From: Eledone cirrhosa
Taxonomy: Eukaryota
Direction of reading: 5' to 3'
Length of the DNA: 64,000 nucleotides
NCBI GenBank assembly: GCA_964016885.1
Contig: OZ024743.1
Span: forward strand, 366,792,001 to 366,856,000
Shown here: one piece after another, positions 26,501 to 35,918 of the stretch
How the letters are laid out: the number at the start of each line of letters is the position of its first letter
Position numbering within the stretch: the stretch's first letter is position 1
The notes under the pieces: generated by a model
Database searches by the model: none
Seen by the model: only the letters and a program-made list of their open reading frames with translations
Told to the model about the DNA's origin: nothing
Program-made: the position numbers and the translations under genes

Positions 26501-29500
26501 CTAGCAGGGAAAACATCCATAAAATGACGATGATACTGCTACTACTACAAAATAAAGTTGGATATAACAGTAAAATATTGTAACCATTAAAATACACATC
26601 TCTGGATGTAATTATTTTCATCCCTACACACAGATCAAATCCCTTGCAAAACAAATACAACTCAAGAGAAAGTTAAACATTTCTTTAACAGAAGTACTTT
26701 TGCATTAGAAAATGTGGTTACAATGAAAATGGTTAAGTACCATATTTCCTGGCATCGAAGACGCTACTTTCTTCCTAAAATAAGTCTAAAAAAATCTACC
26801 ATGTGTCCTGGGGGCTGAAGGTTGTTTATTATTTTTTTTCAACTTTTTGGTTGTCGAAATTAGAGTACGTCCTCGAGGACGAAGCGTTTTCGATGCCAGG
26901 AGATACGGTAAGTAAATTAGCAGATTCAAAGTGGACATGTTCCAATTATGCTAGTGACATTACATTTCTGGGTAGGTCTGTCTGCTGCCAACTATAGTAC
27001 CAATAAATGCCATGTCATCATGGAGTGGCAGCTATCAGTAAAGTTATATTCAACCAATCAAGTTCCCACAACTAATGCAGCCAGTTTTGGGATGCCACTC
27101 TAGACATTTGATTATGTGTCCATCATGGCATTTCAGTGGCCCTTAGAAATGCTTGGCTCTAAGTGTCCAGTCCCTCACTAATTTTAGCCTGCCAGCTGAA
27201 GTAGTTATCAGGGTGTGGCTGAAAAATTTAACAAAACTAAAACAAGGAAATCAACCATAATAATATGCCACTCATAAAGTGGTCATGTAAAGTGATCACA
27301 ACAAAAACACCCAGCCCACACTGTAAAGGGGCGATATAGGAGTCACAACAAAAAGTACCCAGTCAACACTGTAAAGTGGTCATGTAGGTGTCCAAAAAGT
27401 ACCCAGTCCAGACTGTAAAGTGATCATGTAGGTGTCCAAAAAGCACCCAGCCAACACTGTAAAGTGGTCATGTAGGTGTCCAAAAAGCACCCAGCCAACA
27501 CTGTAAAGTGGTCATGTAGGTGTCCAAAAGGCACCCAGTCAACACTGTAAAGTGGTCATGTAGGTGTCCAAAAGGCACCCAGTCAACACTGTAAAGTGGT
27601 CGTGTAAGAGTCACGACAAAAAGCACCCAGTCAACACTGTAAAGTGGTCATGTAGATGTCACAAAAAGCACCCAGTCAACACTGTAAAGTGGTCATGTAG
27701 GTGTCACAAAAAGCACCCAGTCAACACTGTAAAGTGGTCATGTAGGTGTCACAAAAAGCACCCAGCCAACACTGTAAATGTGGTTGGCATTAGGAAGGGC
27801 ATCCAACCATAGAAACCAAGACAAAATCAGTTCTATGTGAACAAAAAACAGTCCTCTGACCTGGCTTGTCTCATAATATGACAGCTCTAACCCATACTAG
27901 CGTGGAAAATAGACATTAAACAATGATGATGATATACACAAGGGTGGGCTCAAAAGTTCATAGGCTGACTATGAAGGAGTGATGCTAAAGCTGTGAAATC
28001 TTGCATGTATTAATTTCAACTCTTCTTATTAATAACTGCATTGTTTCTTTCCAGGTAAACTGATACCCGATTTTTCAAAGATTTCTCTTGAAAATTAAAA
28101 AAATTTGGCATCGTTGTGTATCTGCATAAAAAAGGGTTTAACCCCCCAAGGAGATTCATGCTGATATGGTTGTTACATTAGGGGATGGCACTCCAGCTTT
28201 ATCAACAGTACAAAAGTGGGTAACTGAATTTAGGAGAGGAAGGGAGTCTTGAAGATGACCCAACTCTGGACCTACCACTACCATCACCGAGAAAATCATT
28301 GATTGTGTTCACCACATGCTGATGGATGACAGCCAATTGACTATAAATCAAATAGCCAATACTATAAGCATATTCTGTGAGAGAGTTGAGAGTATTCTGC
28401 ACTATGACTTTGGCATGATGAAGGTATCTGCTTGGTGGGTGCCATGTCTTCTGACACCTGATCAAAAGCACACCAGGCTGATCACATCATGGGAAAATCT
28501 AAGATTGTTTGAGGTATATCCAGCTGGTTTCATTGAATGTTTCCTAACCCAAGATGAGTGTTAGATTCATCACTTTGAGCCAGAGACAAACCATGCAGGG
28601 CCACACTATCAATGGAGAGTACTATGATAACTTGCCAAAGCAGTTACGAAAGGCTATAAAGACCAAACACCCAGGAAAACTGGTAAAAGGAGTCTTGTTT
28701 CATTGGGACAATACTCTAGCACACAAGTCTTTGGTTTCAATGGCTGCTGTTTTGGACTGTGGCTTTGAACTGGTTGATCCCCCTTCCTATTTTCCTGATT
28801 TACACACACACCAAACACATTTCCTATTTCAGTTATGTTGCTACAGTAAACATTTGCTTTCCAATCACAAGGTCTTGGGTTCTAACCCTACATTTGTCCC
28901 ACTAAATAGTTATTTCTCCAAAGTTTTTCTTACATTTAATCCTGTATGTTATTTGTACATACATGCTGAACATTTATGTCATTATATCCTAGAAATAAAT
29001 TATTAACAAATCATTTATATCTTTAATCACTTCCTTGGGTATGGGGTTTCTCTTATGCAAACCATAAATTTATCAAAGCACAAATTTCCCAGTTTGTATG
29101 ATTGTTCATACACCCTGTAATCCTGGTATATATGGCATAGTAATTCCGGACTCCAAAACTTAAATTTGGACAATGCTTAATTCCGTTATTGACAACACTT
29201 ATTCAGTAGTATTAAATAAAGATAAATACTTACTTAACATTTACTGCTTTCAGTAAATCTGTTATTGTGAAAATATATGGATCTGAATCACAGTAGCCAG
29301 ATCTGCAAAGTTGTAAAGATAAAAATACTTCATGATTTTTGTTTGTAGTTGACAATATTAAATTAGACATGCTAATTCATTACAAAATGTAATTAATTTG
29401 ATATGTTGGTTAGTTTGAATGAGTAATTCAATAATTTGTAATTTTTTTTCCATTATTATTCTACAAAGAAACAAGATAAACCTACCTGTCAATGATACAT

Positions 29501-30734
29501 TTGTAAAGAGCACAACCAAACCATGCCTCAGCTGGACTCTGAAATTATAAACAATTATGTTTTATTTATAAATGGTAGTATTGCCTTATGCCACCCCCAG
29601 GACCTGAAGCTTCTTCTCTCATAGCGGTATGACCCCCTACCCCACTCCCGTCAACATCTCCCCAGTGATGGTGCCATGATAAAAATGTAAAAATGTACTG
29701 TGTAGTGCTAGTGCTACAAAGAAAAGCACTTACTTCACACAGTAAGGCAATAATGCTGGTGCCACAGAAAAAGCACTCAGTTCACCGTGTAAGATGGTAG
29801 TGCCAGTGTCACAATAAAATGTTACCAGTACATGCTGTAAAGGGGCTAGTGTTAGGAATGGCATCCAGCTGTGGAAACCATGCTCCCAGTATACACTGTA
29901 TATCGAGTCATAAAAACCAAGCCAAAAATGGAATGTACGAACAAGACATGGTTATCTGACTAATTGAGACTCAAAAAAGACAACCCATTTAATCTATGGA
30001 ATAAGTGGGCAAAGATGAAGAAAAAGAAGCTATCAATGACAGCATTTGGCTGTTTTAACAGCTGTTGTAGCAATGAATTCTATGTTTTGATCAGCTACTT
30101 TTATTGTTATATTGTTTTTTTTAAAGTATTTTCATATTATTAGCTTTCTATTTCAGTAGTAATGTTGTTCATATCTGACTTTTCAATAATAAGTGTGCAT
30201 ATATCTGAAATATGTGTTTTGTGAATAGCTATGGTCAGCTCTGATTTAGTAAACTGATGTGACAGATATAACTGATTCTAGCTGAGACTATCCCATCCAT
30301 ATAGTGGTTTAAGACTTAGAATATAAACCCATTCTAGCGTGGAAGATAGACGTTAAACGATGATGATGATGATGATGAATATATAGTTGCTATTTTAAAG
30401 ATGATTAAGAGTTAAGTAACTGTATAAAAATTTCTTCATTAGCTTGTGTGAATGATGTATATGGAAATGGAGGGTGAATGTTTACATCTAAAAATATATA
30501 CTCCCTTCCACACAAAATATGTTTAAATGTACAAGTAAAGAACAGAGTTTACTTACATCATGAAAGACTTTCTGGTGATTTAGCCATAACTCTTCCCAAT
30601 GGTTCATGGCTTTTTTACACATAGACTCAGACACTTTTAAAGAATTACATAACGTACTGAATTGTGTCTTTAGATCATCCATAATACTGTTCAATTGAAT
30701 GTTGTGGAAATTGTTGGTTGGAACATTAGGGGAG
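552..30734 (-). CDS. RB1: Retinoblastoma-family pocket protein gene, RB1-like (partial: 14 coding exons, N-terminal domain through part of pocket A; continues beyond position 1)
   Basis: Hand-spliced exons give one open frame (1367 nt) with GT-AG junctions. Motifs align by eye to human RB1: FSTLCNSLKV~FTALCQKLKI, CWILFLLCK~SWITFLLAK, PLTPVR~PHTPVR, LHKALMACSAEVILMTY~FHMSLLACALEVVMATY. Confidence 0.9.
1104..1916 (+). mobile_element. RTE-clade LINE (family A), internally deleted: endonuclease C-terminus fused to the post-RT region
   Basis: TNFKK...SQIDFLLV...PQHRLVVSD, then directly SFQYLG...RLRWYGHVMRM...GRP. Has stops and a frameshift; (ATG)n tail. Confidence 0.88.
2530..2709 (-). CDS. RB1: RB1-like exon: SSNANMVTSISDRIERYGSIFEAAFTGIKGQDPDIKQLASVRFEFIVKLYLHIFNTLLIS
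   Basis: tttcAG / GTTAGT, 180 nt, phase 0 to 0; pocket A helices. Confidence 0.9.
2862..4300. repeat. Intronic minisatellite, 32-bp unit (TATTCCTAATGGCACTAGTTCTACAGATATCA), about 45 copies
   Basis: Direct tandem repeats; homogeneous core ~2965-4110, degenerate flanks. Confidence 0.97.
4707..4794 (-). CDS. RB1: RB1-like exon: SALTVVQQLRDILGEIPEDPRELLKDYID (start of pocket A)
   Basis: ctttAG / GTAAGT, 88 nt, phase 2 to 0; resembles TVMNTIQQLMMIL...PSENLISYF. Confidence 0.9.
5038..5185 (+). mobile_element. Degenerate tRNA-derived SINE (second SINE family)
   Basis: ttggcagaattgttag...ctgagttcaactttgcc...ccttccgaggttgataaaa...gtaccag, similar to copies at 13820, 17550 and 22835. Confidence 0.65.
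6178..6216 (-). CDS. RB1: RB1-like exon: PEGSVTAPLTPV(R)
   Basis: ttttcAG / GTAAGT, 39 nt, phase 2 to 2; TPVR CDK site (human T373). Confidence 0.88.
6346..6564. mobile_element. MITE with CCCTTT... TIRs at TTAA sites (piggyBac-like non-autonomous)
   Basis: TTAA|CCCTTTAGCATTTA ... TAAATACTAAAGGG|TTAG; homologous to 23899-24106 and ~31240-31430. Confidence 0.75.
6590..7430 (-). mobile_element. RTE (Rex3/Expander-like) LINE 5' fragment encoding an APE endonuclease remnant, with a nested 3'-tail insertion
   Basis: GKEQELVE...VGIFTS...QVYAQN...LMGDINAHV...LLDFCSSNGL...HKYRW on the minus strand. Confidence 0.8.
9363..9493 (-). CDS. RB1: RB1-like exon: IDELEKFYLKSYQSSGDINELLFLNNDPIVFNSTPIKNRRPSP(R)
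   Basis: ttgTAG / GTATGT, 131 nt, phase 0 to 2; resembles VENLSKRYEEIY...DLDARLFL. Confidence 0.88.
9947..10979 (+). mobile_element. RTE-clade LINE (family A), 5'-truncated, ORF remnant intact to its stop
   Basis: ELLYADD, PHD-like C4HC3 insert, FRYLG, RLRWYGHVMRM, RGRPRKTW; stop directly followed by (ATG)n. Confidence 0.95.
11091..11258. mobile_element. Tc1/mariner(pogo/Tc2)-type MITE with TA target duplication
   Basis: TA|CCATATTTCC...GAAGACGCT ... AGCGTCTTC...GGAAATATGG|TA; second copy at 26740-26908. Confidence 0.85.
11262..11530 (+). mobile_element. Degenerate RTE/BovB-like LINE 3' fragment (third RTE family)
   Basis: KRQKLIWYGHI...KTILQGTIEG...SWSDNIKD; related minus-strand fragment at ~21350-21700. 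Confidence 0.65.
12063..12134 (-). CDS. RB1: RB1-like exon: LQRVQKAVEQFVPSIVVYNNGNLD
   Basis: ttacAG / GTAAGT, 72 nt, phase 0 to 0. Confidence 0.8.
12495..13580 (-). mobile_element. RTE (Rex3/Expander-like) LINE 3' fragment, decayed RT
   Basis: VGLRQGCVLSPLLFIIYM, decayed FANN for FADD, KFKYLG, PTLTYGHESWVMT, EAEMGFLRR; (GAA)n-like end. Confidence 0.88.
13625..13810 (-). mobile_element. RTE 3'-UTR/tail fragment
   Basis: Reverse of gttggtgttaggaagggcatccagctgtagaaa, ending in (GAT)n. Confidence 0.7.
13820..14006 (+). mobile_element. tRNA-derived SINE (second family)
   Basis: ttggcagaattgtt...ttcaaatcccactgaggtcaattttgcttttcatccttccagggtcaataaaa...ggccttgtgcataaattagaaa. Confidence 0.7.
14198..16308 (+). 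mobile_element. RTE-clade LINE (family B1), 5'-truncated, uninterrupted 553-codon RT ORF (14247-15908) plus ~380-nt 3' UTR
   Basis: NYRGIKL, QFGF, FVDLEKAFDRVP, GVHQGSVLSPLLF, LLYADD, PHD-like insert, FRYLG; (GAT)n tail. Confidence 0.96.
16320..16890 (-). mobile_element. R4/Dong-like (REL endonuclease) non-LTR retrotransposon remnant, heavily deleted
   Basis: Minus strand: INRGIF*GDSLSP..LFCL...GLGY...SLLYIDNLK (RT), then PDIIVKDHKEKCLLIDI...KYKDLEIEI (REL). Confidence 0.7.
17211..17296 (-). CDS. RB1: RB1-like exon: DELQKSNTAHSSTEMLSKLAEEFHTSYKE
   Basis: Acceptor ttctcAAG (less common AAG), donor GTAAGT, 86 nt, phase 1 to 0. Confidence 0.75.
17553..17762 (-). mobile_element. tRNA-derived SINE (second family), next to a (TAG)n microsatellite
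   Basis: Closely related to 22835-23016; B-box-like GAGTTCAAATCC on the minus strand. Confidence 0.75.
17937..17992 (+). ncRNA. Candidate decayed HDV-like ribozyme (5' P1 strand missing)
   Basis: TTGTAG-ACC-TCCAGT-GGT-GGGCCCC-...TGAT/ATCA...GCGAA-TGACAA at the 5' end of the LINE. Confidence 0.4.
17937..18770 (+). mobile_element. Ingi/Vingi-like LINE 5' fragment (APE endonuclease remnant)
   Basis: VLQLNVEGITKA, HGIATFVR, VNVYKP, GNFN, PDLAF, PFPKSQH, WNFRKANW motifs with stops and frameshifts. Confidence 0.75.
18923..19033 (-). CDS. RB1: RB1-like exon: SYMNGKAELISYVYMLICIVHYVATQTTAAMLNSPY
   Basis: taacAG / GTATGT, 111 nt, phase 1 to 1; resembles DDLVISFQLMLCVLDYF...LLKEPY. Confidence 0.88.
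20594..20667 (-). CDS. RB1: RB1-like exon: NQKFKSETVQSKKKLCWILFLLCK
   Basis: tttcAG / GTATGT, 74 nt, phase 2 to 1; WxxFLLxK motif. Confidence 0.88.
20715..21350 (+). mobile_element. Degenerate RTE family-B 3' end with diverged UTR repeats
   Basis: C-rich tract, then repeats like gcactcagtcc...ctgtaaagtggt, matching 16060-16150 and 37660-37750. Confidence 0.6.
22835..23240 (-). mobile_element. Two tandem tRNA-derived SINEs (second family)
   Basis: Two units, each with GAGTTY AAATCC...gcYtttcatcctt...gtcgataaaataaa...tggccttgtgccaaaa on the minus strand. The central motif resembles the Nin/Sauria-type conserved SINE domain. Confidence 0.8.
23590..24615 (+). mobile_element. Decayed RTE family-B LINE fragment interrupted by a MITE
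   Basis: Homologous to 14200-14940 (QFGFIPG, TTDALF, EKYLAK, YLALVDL) with stops; UTR motif at ~24550. Confidence 0.85.
23899..24106. mobile_element. TTAA-flanked MITE (piggyBac-like)
   Basis: TTAA|CCCTTTAACATTT...AAATGTTAAAGGG|TTAA, perfect 13-bp TIR. Confidence 0.88.
24953..24994 (-). CDS. RB1: RB1-like exon: IFPHVFKQNTKNL(I)
   Basis: caacAG / GTAAGT, 42 nt, phase 2 to 2 (human exon 5 is 39 nt). Confidence 0.8.
25355..25486 (-). CDS. RB1: RB1-like exon: VKDFFFYMSHLQEVQNPSPAVTTHLQQLKKKYLVTSPMFALFQ(R)
   Basis: tttgcAG / GTAATC, 132 nt, phase 2 to 2; resembles VHKFF...LLKKYDVLFALF. Confidence 0.88.
26740..26908. mobile_element. Tc1/mariner(pogo/Tc2)-type MITE, second copy
   Basis: TA|CCATATTTCCTGGCATCGAAGACGCT ... 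AGCGTTTTCGATGCCAGGAGATACGG|TA. Confidence 0.85.
27270..27932 (+). repeat. RTE 3' UTR with a ~44-47-bp repeat expanded to ~11-12 tandem copies, followed by the RTE tail
   Basis: Unit CAAAAAGCACCCAGTCAACACTGTAAAGTGGTCATGTAGGTGTC, then ggttggcattaggaagggcatccaacc...cgtggaaaatagacattaaacaatgatg. Confidence 0.9.
27937..28801 (+). mobile_element. Mariner transposase pseudogene, internally deleted
   Basis: TIR-like start caagggtgggctcaaaagtt; EFRRGRESLEDDP, WVPCLL, TQDE, FHWDN, YFPDL (YSPDL) motifs. Confidence 0.9.
29234..29302 (-). CDS. RB1: RB1-like exon: SGYCDSDPYIFTITDLLKAVNV(K)
   Basis: ttgcAG / GTAAGT, 69 nt, phase 2 to 2; resembles SFTFTELQK. Confidence 0.85.
29486..29538 (-). CDS. RB1: RB1-like exon: SPAEAWFGCALYKCIID(R)
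   Basis: tttcAG / GTAGG, 53 nt, phase 0 to 2; resembles ELWGICIFIAAVD. Confidence 0.8.
29600..29960 (+). mobile_element. Degenerate RTE 3'-UTR fragment
   Basis: Diverged aaaagcact...ctgtaa repeats plus gtgttaggaatggcatccagctgtggaaa. Confidence 0.55.
30557..30734 (-). CDS. RB1: RB1-like exon (equivalent to human exon 2): SPNVPTNNFHNIQLNSIMDDLKTQFSTLCNSLKVSESMCKKAMNHWEELWLNHQKVFHD
   Basis: Acceptor tcttctcttctaacAG, donor GTAAGT, 178 nt, phase 2 to 0. Confidence 0.85.
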
Positions 30735-32600
30735 CTGTTAGAAGAGAAGATAACTATAATGGCATACAGATGAATAGCAATAATAGAAAAGTAACATTTT
30801 CTTTGGAAACATTTATTTTGATGAGAATTGATTTAAACAGCAGCAATGAAAATCCATAATGCTAGGTAGTATAGTTATTATAATATATTTTGTGAAGAAG
30901 AGGAGAATGATTTCACTATAAATTAGATGTTTTCATGGAAATTGTCTCATTACTGTGGTCAAATGATTCATAAATAAGATGTTAAATTACAAAGAGCAAA
31001 CCTTGTTCTCGTGTTTTAAGAAATATATATGAATTCAGGAAAATAACAAAAGGTTCAATGTAATGAATGTTGTTTTGGTATAAAAAAAAAAAAAAACCCA
31101 GACAGCTGTAGTTTTAGCAAAATATAAACTTTGTTTTTGTTTACATAGAAAAGATATTTGATAAATTTGAAGAAATGCAAATCTTTTGGATAAAAAAAGA
31201 GTGGGTAGGGTTTTATGACTGGCTCATTAAAATAATTCAACTCTTTAACACTTACATTACTCTATATATACTATTCTATTTTCGTAGTAAAGGCTTTATC
31301 TCACATAATATCGAATCTATGAGATTTTGATATTTATTTTGAGAACAATACCTTAACATCAGTATCAGTGGCTAGTTACGGACAGTTTGAACAGAAAGAG
31401 GTGAGAGAATTCTGGCTGGATACAGCCGGTTAATACAATAATTTTCAAAATATATCAGACTTCCAAATTTACTTTTCTCAATTTTACTTTCTGTTTAACA
31501 CTGAAAGCACCAAGGTTGAATAAATTGAAGAAATATAGATTTATCCAGAACAGCTTATATTTCAATGAACTTCACTTTGCATCTGACATTGCTAGCACAA
31601 GCAGTGACATTTGTTTATGTCCAGCAGAAAGAGAAGTCCCATGGCTCAGCTGTTAGACATACAAAAATCCATACCTTACATTAAAAAAGTAATGGATGGC
31701 ATCAGAAAAAGCATTCAGCCATAAAATACTGCCACAAAAGTCTCAGCTAACCCATGCCAATAATGATGATGGTGATAAATGCTACTTTATACAGAATATT
31801 ATAATCCTTTTGATACCAACTCGCCTCCAGTTTTATGATATACAACCACATTTTTAAATGTTCATATTTAAATTAAAACTGCTTATCACAATTTTACTTC
31901 AGAATATTTTAGTTTTCTCACAACAATGTTAGTTATTTTACCAAATCCCTCAAAATATTTTACCATTTTCAAGATTAATTAATTGGAAAGCATAGGTAAT
32001 GTATATCATCAGAAATTTAGTAATGAAAAGGTTGTGGGATTTCAGGCCTGATATGAAGACATTCTTTATGAATATAGTTAAAATTAAAATAATAATAGCA
32101 ACCTTCAAAATAAACAAAAACCACCCTTACACCGAAAAGAAAAATACCACTTTGATAGATCAGATCCACAAATATTCCAAGCATTCCAATGTATTAACTG
32201 TATCATCACATGCCATGTACACCAGTCATACTAAACAGTGAGACGGTTCAACTCTTTTATTGATTCATATCCCCTAGTGTATTGATAAATATAATCAGAT
32301 ACTCAGATGGGTATTCCAAGCATATACTGGTATCTAAACCAGAGACAGAGGTATCTATATTCATTCAAACACACATACAGATACATATGTATAGGCATAT
32401 ATCTATATTGGCTTACCTATGGACACACTCATACATGTGTACCCATACATACACACACAGACACACAGAGTTGTCCTTCATGTGCATATACATACACAAA
32501 TACGCACGTACATACATATATATATATATATATATAGGCACATAGAATTGTCCTGCATGTGCATATACATACACAAATACGCACGTACATATACATATAT

Positions 32601-32948
32601 AGGCACATGGCTTAGTGGTTAGAGCATTGGCCTTGTAATCGAAAGGTTGTGAGTTCAATTCTCAGACCGGGTGATGTGTTGTTTCCTTGAGCAAGACACT
32701 TTATTTCACATTGCTCCAGTTTACTCAGCTGTAGAAATGAGATGATAGGGACTGGGGTCCCTATCATTCCACTGCAAAGTGGTCGTGGAGGTGCCACGGC
32801 AAAAAAGCACCCAGCACTCACTGTAAATGAGGTTGGTGTTAGGAAGGGCATCCAGCTGTAGAAATCAAGCCAGAATCAGTTCCTGTCCCACCCTTGCAAG
32901 CAGGGAAAAGCGGACGTAAAATGATGATGATGATGATGAAGATGATGA
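32601..32948 (+). mobile_element. Young tRNA-derived SINE (family 1) with RTE-derived tail
   Basis: A box TGGCTTAGTGG, B box GAGTTCAATTC, CORE-like ccttgagcaagacactt, tail identical to RTE family A, (ATG)n. Confidence 0.92.
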
Positions 32949-33079
32949 TACACCTATATACATACACCCACGCTTACAGGTGCATACACACATGCATAAA
33001 TACATATACACACAAATATACACATATACATGCACATATATATCCATTTACATTAATTAGGCAGGTATGTAGAAAGATA

Positions 33080-35136
33080 CAACCAAGACTAGATGGAAAG
33101 ACTGTCATGTCTTGTTTATTTCCTTATGTGCGGAATACAAAATGGCATTGCCGATAGGGCAAGGAAAGTTTCTTGGCAACATAAACTTGTTGGTCACAAC
33201 CTGGCTCATGGCCTTTGAAGCAAAGGCTTATGTGAATGAAGTGGAGGATAACCTTCAAGATGGTGGCCAAAGTCCTATGGTCATGAAATTCATTTCTTTG
33301 GTCGGAATACAAGCATTAAAGGTTGTCCGAGATATTAACATCCCAAAGAATATCATTAAGATAATATGCACTGATCGCAAAAATTTGATTCTCAATCATG
33401 TTGTTCCTTCAAAGAAACTGATATTGGCTGAAAGAACAACATTTTTCTCCACTATTCAACAGCCATGTGGATCAATTACTTTTGAATCTTCGACACGCCA
33501 GTCAATACTATGGTTTTGAGAGCCTGAAAACGTCTAAAAGGACAGTGACTGAAAATGTCATACTGTCTCAGTTAGTTGTCGGTCTAAGAAGCAACGAGGA
33601 AAGGAAAAAATTCTTCAAGCTAATGAAGTTAGCAAACTCAGTTTGGAAGCTACAGTACAATTTCTACAGCGTCCTTCGCAAATATCTGAATTTTGTAACA
33701 ATTCAAAAGAGGAAGTTATTGCTTATTCCAAAACAACTAAACAAGATAAAAGAAAGAATTTAAATGATAAACCGTGTTACCACTGTAGAAAATCATGGTC
33801 CATACAACACAAATGTCCTGCCATCCAAGCTACTTGCAAAAACTGCGGCATGAAAGACCATTATGCAAAAGTTTATAAGAGCACCAGGAACTTTTACAAG
33901 GTAATTCACCAAGATGGAATCATGAATCTTATCGGTCACACAGCTGAAAAGCCCATATTTGAACCTGTCTGCCTGAATGGTCACATTGTTGACATGATGC
34001 ATGATACAGACACACCCTGCAGCATTATCTCTTCTAAAGTGTCAAATGACATCAGTGTAACTATAACAAAACAACATTCTTCGTACAAATTGTATGATGG
34101 ACATCGCATGGAATGCATTGATGATGCTTGTCTGACTGTTAAGTAAGGAGATCAACAATTTCTCCATACTTTCAAAGTAATTAAATGCTGCTGAAAATAT
34201 AGTCTCCTTCATCGCGATCTACTGAATGCTGAAACTGTTTGCAGCATTGAATCATTTCTTCCGACAATCAAAGGAGCGCAAGCTTCTGTTAAATTAATAC
34301 CTAATGCCGCCGATAAATTCTGTGCTGCCCGAAGTGTGCCTTTGACACTTGAGGAAGATGTAGCAAAGGAGCTAGATGCATTGGTAGCCCAAGGTGTAAT
34401 TAAAAAATGCCCTTCAAGTGGCGCAGTCAATACTTCTCCAGTCATGTGGGTTAGAAAGATAAATGGATGACTTTGTATGTGTTCTGAATGGAAAGATATG
34501 CACTGAAGCCTATCCTTTGCTTCAAATGGAAACCATGGTTCAGCAAGCTTAGTAGTGCAAGATTCTTCACTAACATTGACTTATTTGACACATATTGGCA
34601 ATTTGAACTCGATGAAAACAGACAAGCTCTACCAGGTTATGCGATTACAGATGGGGATGAAGAATAGTTCTGCAATTTTCAGCATGAATGTTGTGCTCAA
34701 AGGACTAAAGAATTTCACCTCATACCAAGATGATATAATCGTTTTTGCTAAGACAGAAGAGAGCCTGACTAAACATTTAAATGCCATCCTCAGAAGATTA
34801 TGTGAGAAGCAAGTCAGTAGCAACAGCAAGAAGTGCATTCAAAAGAGTATAAGCATCACATTTTTAGGTCGTGTGATATCGGCAGAAGGAATTAAACCTG
34901 ATAAAGGGCACGTCGACAGAATCATGGCATTAAATCAACCCAAGAACACTGAAGAACCGAGATCCTTTCTCAGACTAATCAGATACTTCGGGCAATTCAT
35001 TTCAAATTTCAGTGTGAAAACAATAAACATGCAGAAACTTACAACTGCAGATCGTCTTCAGTGGACAGACAAGTGCAAACTGTTTCAACATTCAGTAAAT
35101 CACAACCTAAGAGACCATATGGCTAGTATAGGTTAA
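33080..35136 (+). mobile_element. Ty3/gypsy-like LTR retrotransposon gag-pol remnant (no LTRs seen)
   Basis: Zinc knuckles CYHC...HKCPA...CKNCGMKDH, decayed protease HDTDT (DTG), RT YQDDIIV and ITFLG; many frameshifts and stops. Confidence 0.85.
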
Positions 35137-35584
35137 TTTGGTACATCCACTCAATTCCATCAACTTATCCTAACCCTTGAAAGGAACTATCTACTCGGTT
35201 AATATATTTATATGCTATCATTTTATTATTATTATTATTACGGCTATTACTATTATCTATATTACTAAAACAGAGAATGTCTGTTTGTCTGTCTGTACAA
35301 TCACTAAAACTCGAGAACCACCCAACCGATTGTTTTCAAACTTTACACATGTAATACTTATGGTCCTATTGAGTGTTCTGAGCAAAAAAAAATTTCAAAT
35401 TTTCAATGCCCTAGGGACCGCATTAGGCGATTTAGCGATCTCTCTTTCTTAGTCTTTCTCTTTTTAGATAGATACATAGATAGTACATTGCGCCCTTATA
35501 ATATGTCTGTATGCCTGGCTGTCTGCATTACGTCATTATGACGCGGTGTGTGTGTGTGTGTGTGTGTATCTATATATATAATGG

Positions 35585-35918
35585 AGGCACATGGCTTAGT
35601 GGTTAGAGCATTGGCCTTGCAATCGAAAGGTTGTCAGTTCAATTCTCAGACCGGGCGATGTGTTGTTTCCTTGAGCAAGACACTTTATTTCACATTGCTC
35701 CAGTTTACTCAGCTGTAGAAATGAGATGATAGGGACTGGGGTCCCTATCATTCCACTGCAAAGTGGTCGTGTAGGTGCCACGGAAAAAAAGCACCCAGCA
35801 CGCACTGTAAATGAGGTTGGTGTTAGGAAGGGCATCCAGCTGTAGAAATCAAGCCAGAATCAGTTCCTGTCCCACCCTTGCAAGCAGGGAAAAGCGGACG
35901 TAAAATGATGATGATGAT
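35585..35918 (+). mobile_element. Young tRNA-derived SINE (family 1), second copy, nested in the Helitron
   Basis: Differs from 32601-32948 at only a handful of positions; flanked by (TA)n. Confidence 0.92.

Noticed and set aside
27270-27812. CRISPR-like array or repeat protein ORF (KHPVNTVKWSCRCH)
   Set aside because: No spacers; the unit derives from the RTE 3' UTR
32602-32672. tRNA gene
   Set aside because: It is a SINE head: no convincing acceptor stem, and it continues directly into SINE body and tail
32601-35918. Near-identical direct repeats flanking the gypsy remnant, read as LTRs
   Set aside because: They have Pol III A/B boxes and LINE tails, no TG...CA ends, PBS or PPT, and the second lies inside a Helitron, so they are independent SINE insertions
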